Shown here one piece after another: positions 44,707-54,148 of a stretch of 64,000 nucleotides of DNA (positions are counted from its first letter, which is position 1; every line of letters begins with the position of its first letter). The notes under the pieces are model-generated. The model did not search any database. It saw nothing but the letters and a program-made list of their open reading frames with translations, and was not told the origin of the DNA. A program made the position numbers and the translations under genes. The stretch is from Clostridia bacterium (GTDB taxonomy: Bacteria; Bacillota; Clostridia; Oscillospirales; SIG627). The stretch spans positions 1,570 through 65,569 of the forward strand of contig JAFWBD010000002.1 in the NCBI GenBank assembly GCA_017507325.1, given 5' to 3'.

Positions 44707-45102
44707 TCAATCCAAGGGAATGTCCTGCGAGCAAGCGGGACAGGGAAACACACCGTTTTCGGGCTCTTCCTCAAAGCAAACGGTCTCGCCGCAGTGAGGA
44801 CAAACCACCTCGTAGCACTCCTCGCCGTCGCAATCGTCGCAGCAGTGGCAGTCGCAGTCCTCGTCGTCATCGTATTCGCCGAAGAGCTCCTCCTCCACCG
44901 TGGTCAGATCCTCATCCACCGCCTCCAGATACTCGTTGATATCGTCGATATCGTCCTGAGCCTCGGTGACCTCCAACGCCAGATCCTCCAAGATATCCGC
45001 CATCAATTTGATGATCTTTCCCTCTTTGGTATCGGCCTGAAAATCAAGCCCTTCCATCAGACCCTTCAAATATGCTACTTTTTCGGTTACGGTCATTTCC
45101 AT
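44707..45102 (-). CDS. acidic zinc-ribbon protein (CD1247-N-terminal-domain-like), unknown function
   Basis: 131 aa. Very acidic middle region. C-terminal CPHCGE...CPAC zinc ribbon. Sits downstream of efp, as in many Clostridia (from memory). Confidence 0.6.
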   Translation of the reverse strand: MEMTVTEKVAYLKGLMEGLDFQADTKEGKIIKLMADILEDLALEVTEAQDDIDDINEYLEAVDEDLTTVEEELFGEYDDDEDCDCHCCDDCDGEECYEVVCPHCGETVCFEEEPENGVFPCPACSQDIPLD

Positions 45103-45114
45103 TCTTCCTTTCGA

Positions 45115-45675
45115 TTATACTCTTTCCAGATATTCGCCGGTACGGGTATCGATCTTCAGAACGTTGCCCTCATCGATAAACAAAGGAACCTTGATCTGTG
45201 CGCCGGTCTCCAGGGTTGCGGGCTTGGTGGCACCGGTAGCGGTGTCGCCGCGGAAGCCGGGATCGGTCTGGGTCACCGTAAGCTCCACGAACATGGGAGG
45301 CTCCACGCCGAACACGTTGCCCTTGAAGGAAAGAACCTTACAGATCATTTCCTCCTTGACGAATTTGAAGTTATCCCCTACCAGATCGTGGGAAACCAGG
45401 GTTTCCTCCCAGGTCTCGGTATCCATGAAATGATAAAGATCACCGTCGTCGTAAGAATACTGCATTTCTTTTCTCTCCACGAAGGCGGGAGTGAATTTTT
45501 CAGTGGGGTTAAAGGTTTTTTCCACAACAGAACCGGTGATAACGTTTCTGAGCTTGGTACGAACGAAAGCCGCGCCCTTTCCGGGTTTTACGTGCTGAAA
45601 TTCGATCACCTGCATCGCAGCGCCGTCCATCTCAAAGGTAACGCCGTTTCTGAAATCGCCTGCTGTAATTGCCAT
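45115..45675 (-). CDS. efp: elongation factor P
   Basis: 185 aa from [33 protein letters not shown] contains the modified Lys loop. Confidence 0.9.
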   Translation of the reverse strand: MAITAGDFRNGVTFEMDGAAMQVIEFQHVKPGKGAAFVRTKLRNVITGSVVEKTFNPTEKFTPAFVERKEMQYSYDDGDLYHFMDTETWEETLVSHDLVGDNFKFVKEEMICKVLSFKGNVFGVEPPMFVELTVTQTDPGFRGDTATGATKPATLETGAQIKVPLFIDEGNVLKIDTRTGEYLERV

Positions 45676-45785
45676 AAAGTCCTCCAAAAAATAAAATCTG
45701 TTATACGAGGCTATTATACAACCTGTTTTGCAATTTTGCAAGACATATTTGCAAAAAACCCCACGAGAATTCCAAAACTTCCCTT

Positions 45786-46859
45786 TTACAGCTCCAAAAG
45801 CTCCTTGGTGCTGCGGTTCAGATTCAGACTGCCGCCCTCCCGAACCACCACCAGATCCTCAATGCGGACTCCGAATTTGCCCTCAAGATAAATACCCGGC
45901 TCCACCGAAAGCACCGCTCCCGCGGGAATCGCGCCTTCGCTGCGGGGAGAAAAGGAGGGTGCCTCGTGAACCTCAAGGCCAATGCCGTGACCTGTGCTGT
46001 GGCCGAAGCAGGCACCGTACCCCGCCTCATGGATCACGCTTCTGGCGGCATCGTCCACGTCCTTCCCCAAAACCCCTGCTCTGACCGCCTTCAGGGCCGC
46101 TTCCTGTGCCCGAAGTACCGTATTATAAACTTGCTTCATTTCATCGCTCGCCTTGCCGATGCAGACCGTTCGGGTCATATCGGAGGCGTAGCCATCCAAC
46201 ACACAGCCGAAATCCATCGTCAAAAAGCTGTTTTCCTCCAGGGGAGCGTCGGTGGGCTTTCCGTGGGGAAGAGAGCTTCTCTGTCCGCTGACGCAAATGG
46301 TCTCAAAGCTGGGGGCGGAGGCACCGTGCAGCTTCATATAGTATTCCAATTCCGCGGCAACGCTCTTTTCGCTTCTGCCCTTTTCCAGCCGCGGAAGCAT
46401 ATATAAAAACGCCTCCTCAGCCAAGGCCTGCGCGGCCGCAATTTTGACGATCTCCTCCTCTGTTTTCACCTCGCGCATTTTGTCGATGCGATCCTTCAAG
46501 GGGACAAAACGGGTCTCGGGGTATTTTTCCTCCAAGGCTCGGTACTGCTGGACCGTCATACGGCGATCCTCAAAGAGAAGCTTCGGCAATTCACCCCGAC
46601 GGTACGCCTCCTCCAGATCCTCCCGAAAGCGCTGAGGCAAAAGGATCAGGTCCTCGGGCAAAAGCCCTTCCCTCTTTTTGATCTGCGCCATTTCCAGATA
46701 ACGGGAATCCAGATACAGTCTCGCCTCGTTTCGGGTGCAGAACAAAACCCCGTCGGAGGAGGCAAAGCCCGTCAGATACCGACGGCTCACCGAAGAGAAA
46801 ACAACCGCGCTTTCTTCGGGCAAAAGGCCTTCCCGAAACGATTTTAAGGATTCTTTCAT
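45786..46859 (-). CDS. Xaa-Pro aminopeptidase/dipeptidase (M24B family)
   Basis: 357 aa from [37 protein letters not shown] and VEPGIY metal-ligand blocks. Confidence 0.85.
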   Translation of the reverse strand: MKESLKSFREGLLPEESAVVFSSVSRRYLTGFASSDGVLFCTRNEARLYLDSRYLEMAQIKKREGLLPEDLILLPQRFREDLEEAYRRGELPKLLFEDRRMTVQQYRALEEKYPETRFVPLKDRIDKMREVKTEEEIVKIAAAQALAEEAFLYMLPRLEKGRSEKSVAAELEYYMKLHGASAPSFETICVSGQRSSLPHGKPTDAPLEENSFLTMDFGCVLDGYASDMTRTVCIGKASDEMKQVYNTVLRAQEAALKAVRAGVLGKDVDDAARSVIHEAGYGACFGHSTGHGIGLEVHEAPSFSPRSEGAIPAGAVLSVEPGIYLEGKFGVRIEDLVVVREGGSLNLNRSTKELLEL

Positions 46860-47389
46860 TGTTTTTCTTCCTTTCTTTTTCTTCTGCGGTACCATCGGAT
46901 AAAGGGGATCTCCAAAAAACGCTTGAATCGGAAAAAGGCGTTTTCCTTTTTTTTGATGGGCGAAACCGCCACCGCCGTCATCCCCCAGCGCTTGGCCGCC
47001 AAAACGTCTGTCAACAGCTGATCCCCCACCACCAAAACCTCTCGGGGGGACAGGGAAAAATGCTCCAACACGGGAGCCAATGCCCTTTTCAAGGGCTTTT
47101 TGGCATCGGGAAGCGCAAGACACCCCAGGGATTCGTTAAAGAGAGCGACCCGCTGGGGCGAATTGTTGGAAACCAGTGCCAAGGAAAGCCCCGCCTCGGA
47201 AAGCTCCCTCAAAAGAGCGGCAACCCTTTCCGTGGGTAAAGGGGTCTCGTAGGAGACCAGGGTGTTATCAATATCGAACACCACCGCGGCAATTCCTTTT
47301 TTTTGATACGCCTCGAAGGGAACGTCGAACACGCTCTCGCACATCAGATCGGGGATCAAAAGGTCCCAAGGCCACACCATTTTCCGCAT
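46856..47389 (-). CDS. YqeG-type HAD-IIIA phosphatase
   Basis: 177 aa. VVFDIDNTLV, VSNN and VGDQLLTDV motifs. ATGA overlap with the downstream gene. Confidence 0.8.
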   Translation of the reverse strand: MRKMVWPWDLLIPDLMCESVFDVPFEAYQKKGIAAVVFDIDNTLVSYETPLPTERVAALLRELSEAGLSLALVSNNSPQRVALFNESLGCLALPDAKKPLKRALAPVLEHFSLSPREVLVVGDQLLTDVLAAKRWGMTAVAVSPIKKKENAFFRFKRFLEIPFIRWYRRRKRKEEKQ

Positions 47390-47456
47390 CCTCCTGTTTT
47401 AATGCCCTTATTGTACCACAAATCCCTGCCTCTGAAAAGACTTTTTTCGGGAAAAA

Positions 47457-48200
47457 TCAGATCCCCGCGGCAATTTCCTTTTTCAAACGGGCGATGATCT
47501 TTTTTTCCAAGCGGGAAATATAGGATTGGGAGATCCCCATTTTCTCCGCCACCTCCTTCTGGGTCATTTCCTTTTCTCCGAAAAGACCGAAGCGGGCGGC
47601 AATGATGCGGCGATCCCGAAGAGAAAGCTTCATCACCGCGGACAGCAAAATATTTCTTTCCTCCTGCCGCTCCAATTCCCGATGGACCTCCTGCCCGTCG
47701 CTTCCCAGAATATCCCCCAGAAGCAATTCGTTGCCGTCCCAGTCCACGTGCAAGGGCTCGTCAATGGAGATCTCTGTTTTTCCCCGTCCCGCCTTTCGCA
47801 GAAACATCAAGATCTCGTTTTCGATGCATTTGGAGGCGTAGGTGGCCAATTTGATGTTTTTTTCCGATCGGAAGCTGGTGATCCCCTTGATCAGACCGAT
47901 GGTGCCGATGGAGATCAGATCCTCCATCCCCACCCCGGAGCTTTCGAATTTTCGTGCGATGTACACCACCAGGCGCAAATTGTGCTCCACCAAAAGATTA
48001 CGGCAAAAGAGGACGTTTTCCCCTTTTTCCATATGTTCGATACAGCGCCGCTCCTCCTCTTCCCCCAAGGGCGGCGGCAATTCCTCCGATCCGTTGATAT
48101 AATAGACCTCGTAAAACAGATCCCGTGTTTTTCTCTCTTCCCGACGGCGCCGAAAATATGCCAGGATCCGCGAGATGAGCCTTTTTCTTTGCTTTTTCAT
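47457..48200 (-). CDS. sigE: sporulation sigma factor E precursor
   Basis: 247 aa. Basic pro-sequence, YYINGSEELPPPL, NLRLVVYIARKFESSGVGMEDLISIGTIGLIKG. Immediately downstream of spoIIGA. Confidence 0.85.
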   Translation of the reverse strand: MKKQRKRLISRILAYFRRRREERKTRDLFYEVYYINGSEELPPPLGEEEERRCIEHMEKGENVLFCRNLLVEHNLRLVVYIARKFESSGVGMEDLISIGTIGLIKGITSFRSEKNIKLATYASKCIENEILMFLRKAGRGKTEISIDEPLHVDWDGNELLLGDILGSDGQEVHRELERQEERNILLSAVMKLSLRDRRIIAARFGLFGEKEMTQKEVAEKMGISQSYISRLEKKIIARLKKEIAAGI

Positions 48201-48213
48201 TTTGATACTCCTT

Positions 48214-49035
48214 TTATACCAAAGCCAAGGGGATCAAGCACGGACAGCCGCCGTATCCCCCGCCCGAAAAATCCACCGCTACGGGAACCGTTCCCGCAAA
48301 CACCTTGCTTTTTTTCTTCCCGCCGCCGTGAAGCAGAACTCTTTGGGGAAAAAAGGCAAACAGACAGCCCGTTCCCGAGGCCGTTCGCATCGGGATGGGA
48401 AATACGCCCTCCCCCTCCCCCAAGCGAAGACGAACCAATTCTCCCGCACTGAGCACGGAGGAAGCGTATTCCGCCTTCATCAGGATCACGGGGGCTCCGC
48501 TCTCGGGCTCCCGCAAAAAGGATCCGCTGTCCACAAGTCCGAACAATTCCTCCCTCTTTCCTCCGTGGCAAACGGAAAGAGCGATCACCGAGGTCTCCAG
48601 CTTTTTCTTCAAATGCCTTCCCCATCCGACAAAGCAGCCCAAGGCCAACAGCACCACTGCCGCAAGGGTGATGGGGGTCAGGCGCGCCTCTTTTCCGCAG
48701 GAGCTGTAATAGGAGATCCATTCCGAGGCTCCGCCCAAAAAGAGCGCCGCCAGAAAGGCAAAGAGAGCCAGTTTTCCGATTCGCCTCGGGCTCTTTTTTC
48801 CATAAGCCAAGCGCACCATCAGCACGAACATGCCCATTGCCGAAATCAGCTGAAGGGGCGGCGGCGGAAAGAGGATCAGCATCAAAACCGAAAAGCCCGC
48901 GCCCGCGGCGGAAGCCGCCAAAAGCGAAAGGGTTCGGGGCCTCTCCGACAGGATCAGCCCTGCTGTGAGAAGCGAGGCTCCATCCATCAAAAAATTCAAC
49001 ATGAAATATACGTCCAGATAAATCGTTTCCTTCAT
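48214..49035 (-). CDS. spoIIGA: sigma-E processing peptidase
   Basis: 273 aa, 5 TM. YLDVYFMLNFLMD start and GLVDSGSFLREPESGAPV aspartic-protease motif. Confidence 0.8.
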   Translation of the reverse strand: MKETIYLDVYFMLNFLMDGASLLTAGLILSERPRTLSLLAASAAGAGFSVLMLILFPPPPLQLISAMGMFVLMVRLAYGKKSPRRIGKLALFAFLAALFLGGASEWISYYSSCGKEARLTPITLAAVVLLALGCFVGWGRHLKKKLETSVIALSVCHGGKREELFGLVDSGSFLREPESGAPVILMKAEYASSVLSAGELVRLRLGEGEGVFPIPMRTASGTGCLFAFFPQRVLLHGGGKKKSKVFAGTVPVAVDFSGGGYGGCPCLIPLALV

Positions 49036-49052
49036 ACCGTGCCTCCGAAGGC

Positions 49053-49085
49053 ATTATACCTCCTCTTCCCCTCGTTTTTTGTCAA
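49053..49085 (-). promoter_or_regulatory. spoIIG-type promoter with over-long spacer
   Basis: Minus strand TTGACA-21 nt-TATAAT. TTGACAA/ATGACAA 0A-box-like elements lie at and upstream of the -35. Confidence 0.55.
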
Positions 49086-49167
49086 AGCTTGGGAGAGTCG
49101 CCGCCTTGTCATAATTATTTTTAAATGCCCTCATTCAAAATAATTATCCGAATTCATCTCTTTTCCC

Positions 49168-49196
49168 TTGATTTTTTCCGCTTTTTTCGGTACAAT
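49168..49196 (+). promoter_or_regulatory. candidate ldh promoter
   Basis: TTGATT-17 nt-TACAAT. Confidence 0.5.
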
Positions 49197-49242
49197 AAGA
49201 TTTAACATTTTGTATTGCATCCCTTTGAAAGGAGATTTTGCT

Positions 49243-50193
49243 ATGAGCAAGAAAATTACCATTCTCGGAGCGGGCAACGTCGGTGCCACCATCGCTTATA
49301 CCCTGACCCAGGGCAGCTTGGCCTCCGAGATCGTTCTGATCGACATCAACCGTGCCAAGGCCGAGGGCGAGGCCATGGATATCATCCAGGGTGCCCCCTT
49401 CTCCACTCCCTTGAATATTTATGCGGGAGATTATTCCGATGCCGCCGGATCCGATATTGTCATCATCACCTCCGGTATCGGCAGAAAGCCCGGCCAGAGC
49501 CGTTTGGAATTGGCCAGCATCAACGCCAATCTGATGGCGGAGATCGCTCCCAAGATCGCCTCCTACTGTCCCAACGCCGTGTATATCATCGTCAGCAACC
49601 CCGTTGACGTTCTGACCTATGCTTTCATTAAATATTCGGGTCTTCCCGCTTCTCAGATCATCGGCAGCGGAACCATGCTGGACACCGCCCGTCTCCGTTC
49701 TATGGTAGCAGGCCGTCTTTCCATCAGCGCCAAGAACATCCACGCCTACGTGTTCGGAGAGCACGGCGATTCCTCCGCCTTCCCTTGGAGCGTGACCAGT
49801 GTCATCGGTATGGATTTCCACGAATACTGCCGTTCCATTCAGCATTACACCGATGAGCAGACCGAGGTGTTCCTGCGCGGCATTGAAAAGGACGTTCGCG
49901 ATGCCGGCGGTGAGATCATCAAGAGAAAGGGCGCTACCTATTACGCCATTTCCGCTTGCGTTTCCTCCATTGCCAAGGCCATCTTCTCCAGCAACCACTC
50001 CGTTTTGACGGTTTCCACCCTGGCTCACAACCGCTACGGCATCCGCGAGGACGTTTGTCTGTCTCTGCCCTGCATTCTCGGCCCCAAGGGCATCGTCAGA
50101 GAAGTAGATCCCCCTTTGAAGGACGACGAATTGAAGGCTGTGCAAAACAGCGCCAAGGTTCTTCGGAACACCCTGGATCAGGTCGGTCTCTGA
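49243..50193 (+). CDS. ldh: L-lactate dehydrogenase
   Basis: 316 aa from MSKKITILGAGNVGAT. GEHGDS and other LDH blocks. ATG lies 8 nt after AAAGGAG. Confidence 0.9.
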   Translation: MSKKITILGAGNVGATIAYTLTQGSLASEIVLIDINRAKAEGEAMDIIQGAPFSTPLNIYAGDYSDAAGSDIVIITSGIGRKPGQSRLELASINANLMAEIAPKIASYCPNAVYIIVSNPVDVLTYAFIKYSGLPASQIIGSGTMLDTARLRSMVAGRLSISAKNIHAYVFGEHGDSSAFPWSVTSVIGMDFHEYCRSIQHYTDEQTEVFLRGIEKDVRDAGGEIIKRKGATYYAISACVSSIAKAIFSSNHSVLTVSTLAHNRYGIREDVCLSLPCILGPKGIVREVDPPLKDDELKAVQNSAKVLRNTLDQVGL

Positions 50194-50210
50194 TTGTTTT
50201 ACCCGCAAAA

Positions 50211-50240
50211 GGGATGGAGTTTTCCTCCGTCCCTTTTTTT
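50211..50240 (+). terminator. rho-independent terminator of ldh
   Basis: GGGATGGAG-TTTTC-CTCCGTCCC followed by TTTTTTT. Confidence 0.8.
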
Positions 50241-50270
50241 AATTTTTCTTTCTTTTTTTCCCTTTTTCTG

Positions 50271-50299
50271 TTGAAAAGAATTTTCTTTTGTATTATAAT
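50271..50299 (+). promoter_or_regulatory. candidate promoter of the DUF1846-galE-VanY unit
   Basis: TTGAAA-17 nt-TATAAT. Confidence 0.55.
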
Positions 50300-50338
50300 G
50301 TATGTTGAATTTGCAAGAATAAGATAAGGAACGTCGCT

Positions 50339-51823
50339 ATGGGAAAACAGGGCTTTGACAACGGACAATATCTTTCTCTCCAATCGGAACGGATCAAGGA
50401 ACGCATCGCGTGGTTCGGCGGAAAGCTTTATTTGGAATTCGGCGGAAAGCTGTTTGACGATTTTCACGCCTCCCGCGTTTTGCCCGGCTTTCAGCCGGAC
50501 AGCAAGATCCGTATGCTCCTTCAATTAAAGGAGGAAGCGGAGATCCTTTTGGTGGTCAACGCCTACGACATTGAAAAAAACAAGGTGCGCGGCGATCTGG
50601 GCATCACCTATGAGCAGGACACCCTGCGCCTGATCGATGCCTTCCGCGGATGCGGCCTTTTTGTGGGCGGCGTGGTCTTGACCCGCTTTGCCAATCAAGC
50701 CTCCGCCATCAAATTCCGTCAAAAATTAGAGGCCTTGGGCATTCGGGTCTATCTGCACTATTCCATTGAGGGCTACCCCGATGACATTCAAAAGGTCATA
50801 AGCCGCGAGGGCTACGGCAAAAACGAATACATTGAAACGGAAAAGAGCCTTGTGGTGGTGACCGCGCCCGGCCCCGGAAGCGGCAAAATGGCAGTCTGCC
50901 TCTCCCAATTGTATCACGAGCATATCCGCGGTATGAAATCGGGCTATGCCAAATTTGAGACCTTTCCCATCTGGAATCTTCCCTTGAATCACCCCGTCAA
51001 TCTGGCCTACGAGGCCGCCACCGCCGATCTGAACGACGTGAATATGCTGGACCCCTTCCATCTGGAGGCCTACGGCAAAACCACGGTCAACTACAACCGT
51101 GACGTGGAGATCTTCCCCGTGGTTCGGGCTATGTTCGAAAAGATCTACGGTGAGTCTCCCTACAAATCGCCCACGGATATGGGAGTCAATATGGCGGGCT
51201 TTTGCATCACCGACGATGCGGCCTGCTGCGAGGCCTCCAAAAACGAGATTCTCCGCCGTTATTTTACCGCCCTGTGCGACAAGCGGAAGGGCCTCCCCTC
51301 CGACGGCTCCATTTCCAAATTAAAGCTTTTGATGACCCAGGCTCGCATTGTCCCCGAGGACCGCGCCTTTGCCGAGGCCGCAAGAGCGAAAAAGGAAGCC
51401 ACGGGTCAGCCTGCCGCCGCCATTGAATTGGCCGACGGAAGGGTGGTGGTGGGAAAGACCTCCAATCTGTTGGGCGCCTCCTCCGCTGTGATTCTCAACG
51501 CCCTGAAGGTTCTGGCGGGAATTCCCAAGGAGGTGGATCTGATCGCTCCCGAGGTAATCGGTCCCGTTCAGGAATTGAAGATCCAAAATCTCGGCAATCA
51601 CAACCCGAGACTGCATACCAACGAGGTGCTCATCGCCCTCTCCATCGGTGCCGCTCACGATGAAAACGCCAAAAAGGCCATTGAGATGCTGCCCTATCTT
51701 CGGGGCTGTGAGGTGCACTCCACTGTGATCTTAACGGAGGTGGATGCGGGAACCTTCCGCAAATTGGGAATGAATCTGACCTGCGACCCCGAATATCAAA
51801 CCAAAAAGCTGTTTCACAACTGA
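50339..51823 (+). CDS. DUF1846 (UPF0371) family protein
   Basis: 494 aa. N-terminus GFDNGQYLSLQSERIKERI...GGKLFDDFHASRVLPGF is characteristic of UPF0371 (from memory). Confidence 0.75.
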   Translation: MGKQGFDNGQYLSLQSERIKERIAWFGGKLYLEFGGKLFDDFHASRVLPGFQPDSKIRMLLQLKEEAEILLVVNAYDIEKNKVRGDLGITYEQDTLRLIDAFRGCGLFVGGVVLTRFANQASAIKFRQKLEALGIRVYLHYSIEGYPDDIQKVISREGYGKNEYIETEKSLVVVTAPGPGSGKMAVCLSQLYHEHIRGMKSGYAKFETFPIWNLPLNHPVNLAYEAATADLNDVNMLDPFHLEAYGKTTVNYNRDVEIFPVVRAMFEKIYGESPYKSPTDMGVNMAGFCITDDAACCEASKNEILRRYFTALCDKRKGLPSDGSISKLKLLMTQARIVPEDRAFAEAARAKKEATGQPAAAIELADGRVVVGKTSNLLGASSAVILNALKVLAGIPKEVDLIAPEVIGPVQELKIQNLGNHNPRLHTNEVLIALSIGAAHDENAKKAIEMLPYLRGCEVHSTVILTEVDAGTFRKLGMNLTCDPEYQTKKLFHN

Positions 51824-51837
51824 GAAAGGAACTGATT

Positions 51838-52842
51838 ATGAAAATTCTTGTTACCGGCGGTATGGGCTTTATCGGCTCTCACACCGTTTGCGAGCTTCTG
51901 GAGGGCGGCCACGAGGTGGTGATCGTGGACAATCTCTGCAACTCCTCCGTCTCCGTTCTGGATGACATTCAAGCCATCACCCACGCCCGCCCCGTCTTCT
52001 ATCAGGAGGATATCCGCGACAAGGCGGCCATGGATCGCATTTTCGCAGAAAACAAAATCGATGCGGTGATCCATTTTGCAGGGCTCAAGGCGGTGGGCGA
52101 ATCCGTGCGGATGCCTCTGGAATATTATCACAACAACATCACGGGAACCCTGGTTCTTTGCGATGCCATGCGCAAGGGCGGCTGCAAGCGGATCGTGTTC
52201 TCCTCCTCCGCCACGGTTTACGGAATGAACAACACCGTTCCCTTCCGTGAGGATATGCCCACCTCCTGCACCAACCCCTACGGCTGGACCAAAATGATGC
52301 TGGAGCAGATCCTGCAGGATCTTGCCGTATCCGACCCCGAATGGAGCGTGGTCTTGCTTCGCTACTTCAATCCCATCGGCGCCCATCCCTCGGGCATCAT
52401 CGGAGAAAACCCCAACGGGATCCCCAACAACCTTTTCCCCTATATTGCAAGGGTCGCCGCGGGTACGCTCCCCTGCCTTTCCGTTTTCGGCAACGATTAC
52501 GACACGCCCGACGGAACCGGCGTTCGGGATTATATCCACGTGGTGGATCTGGCTGAGGGGCACCTGAAGGCTCTGGATTGGACCGTGGCAAACCGCGGTG
52601 TGGAGATCGTAAACCTCGGCACCAGCCGCGGCACCAGCGTTTTGGAATTGGTGGCCGCCTTTGAGAAGGCCAGCGGTGTCAAGATCCCCTACAAGATCAC
52701 CGAAAGACGCCCCGGTGACATTGCCAGCTGCTATGCCGACACCGAAAAGGCCGCCCGCGTTTTGGGCTGGAAGGCAAAATACAATATTGAAGATATGTGC
52801 CGCGACGGATGGAATTACACGGCAAAAGGAATGAAAAAATGA
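51838..52842 (+). CDS. galE: UDP-glucose 4-epimerase
   Basis: 334 aa. VTGGMGFIGSH, YGWTK (YxxxK) and LRYFNP motifs. Confidence 0.9.
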   Translation: MKILVTGGMGFIGSHTVCELLEGGHEVVIVDNLCNSSVSVLDDIQAITHARPVFYQEDIRDKAAMDRIFAENKIDAVIHFAGLKAVGESVRMPLEYYHNNITGTLVLCDAMRKGGCKRIVFSSSATVYGMNNTVPFREDMPTSCTNPYGWTKMMLEQILQDLAVSDPEWSVVLLRYFNPIGAHPSGIIGENPNGIPNNLFPYIARVAAGTLPCLSVFGNDYDTPDGTGVRDYIHVVDLAEGHLKALDWTVANRGVEIVNLGTSRGTSVLELVAAFEKASGVKIPYKITERRPGDIASCYADTEKAARVLGWKAKYNIEDMCRDGWNYTAKGMKK

Positions 52843-54041
52843 GCTATCCCCGCTACAGAAAAGTTCGCAGAAAAAGAAGAAACCCCTTCATTCCCGCCGT
52901 TTTGATCGCTTTTCTTTTGGTGATCCTGGGAGCGGTCCTCTTCTTGCTTCAGGAGCCTGTGATCGTGCTTTCGGATCAGGTAAAATTTCCCGTGGGAACG
53001 AGCGTTACGGTGCGGGAATTGGTGCTGGAGGTGCAAAACGGCGTTCTGTTCAACGGTGAGGAAAGCATTTGCCGCACCGAGGCAGGCACCGAGCGCGCCG
53101 TCATTCAGGTGAAAAACCGCTTGGGCGGCATTTACGAGGAATCGGTGACCGTCACCTTTTACGAGATCGTTATTCCCGATACCACACCGCCCGTGATCAC
53201 CGCCCCCGATTCCGTTGAGATCCTGGAGGGGCAGAGCGTGGATCTGATGCAGGGCGTTTCCGCGGTGGACGACAGCGGCGAGGTTTGCAGTGTGGCCATC
53301 TCCGGAGAATACGATCCCGCCGTTCCCGGCGTGTACCACGTCTTCTACGTTGCCGCAGATTCGGCGGGGAACGTGGCCAAGAAGCCCTTGACCTTCACGG
53401 TGAAGAAATTGATCCTCCCCTTTGATGAAAACGGAAAGCTGGTGGACGGCACTTATACCACCGTAAAGGGCTTTCAGATCGTGGTGGAGGGCGGAATGGC
53501 CCGCGTTGAGGGTCACGTCATCGCCAACAAGAGCTTTGCCCTTCCCAAAACCTACACCTCCGCTTGGATGACCGCCGAAACCTCCGCCGCCTACAATCAA
53601 ATGAAAAACGCCGCTCAGGCCGATGGCATCACCCTCAGCGTCAAGAGCGCTTATCGCTCTTGGAACGATCAGAATTGGATCTTCAATGACTACGTCCGCA
53701 GAGACGGCGTGGAAAAAGCCGAAACCTATTCGGCCCGTCCCGGTCACAGCGAGCATCAAACGGGTATGGGTCTGGATCTGGTGACCTCCGATTCCATTGA
53801 GGCCAGAGAGAACGCCGCGGTGAAGGCGGCGCTGGATTGGCTGAATCAAAACGCCTACAAATACGGCTTCATTCTCCGCTATCCCGAAGGAAAAACCGGT
53901 GAGACCGGTTATATTTACGAGCCCTGGCACTATCGCTACGTGGGGCAGGCCCTGGCCTCCACGCTCTATAACAACGGAGATTGGATCACCATGGAGTCCT
54001 ATTACGGCTTCGACAGCATGTACCGCGGCTACACCAACTGA
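52839..54041 (+). CDS. membrane-anchored M15B (VanY-type) D-alanyl-D-alanine carboxypeptidase with Ig-like (DUF5011-like) domain
   Basis: Start MSYPRYRK overlaps the galE stop (ATGA). TM anchor. DTTPPVITAP...Ig-like segment. SARPGHSEHQTGMGLDL and EPWHYRYVG zinc motifs. Confidence 0.8.
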   Translation: MSYPRYRKVRRKRRNPFIPAVLIAFLLVILGAVLFLLQEPVIVLSDQVKFPVGTSVTVRELVLEVQNGVLFNGEESICRTEAGTERAVIQVKNRLGGIYEESVTVTFYEIVIPDTTPPVITAPDSVEILEGQSVDLMQGVSAVDDSGEVCSVAISGEYDPAVPGVYHVFYVAADSAGNVAKKPLTFTVKKLILPFDENGKLVDGTYTTVKGFQIVVEGGMARVEGHVIANKSFALPKTYTSAWMTAETSAAYNQMKNAAQADGITLSVKSAYRSWNDQNWIFNDYVRRDGVEKAETYSARPGHSEHQTGMGLDLVTSDSIEARENAAVKAALDWLNQNAYKYGFILRYPEGKTGETGYIYEPWHYRYVGQALASTLYNNGDWITMESYYGFDSMYRGYTN

Positions 54042-54091
54042 ATTTTTACGAAGAGAGCTTCGGCATTTTGGCCGACGGCTCTCTTTTTTTC

Positions 54092-54120
54092 TTGACATTT
54101 TCTCTGCGATACGCTAAACT
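54092..54120 (+). promoter_or_regulatory. sigma-A promoter of the ceramidase-like pair
   Basis: TTGACA-17 nt-TAAACT, directly after the terminator-like hairpin that follows the VanY gene. Confidence 0.6.
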
Positions 54121-54148
54121 GAATAAAAGAAAAAAAGGAGGGATCCCC

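Noticed and set aside
47457-49035. Absence of sigG downstream of spoIIGA-sigE as an anomaly
   Set aside because: The spoIIGA-sigE-sigG order is common but not universal in Clostridia. sigG may simply be elsewhere, and this cannot be judged from one window.
48197-49054. 285-aa minus-strand ORF overlapping spoIIGA in another frame
   Set aside because: The spoIIGA frame (48214..49035) carries the family motifs and TM pattern. The alternative frame is Gly/Arg-rich with no motifs.
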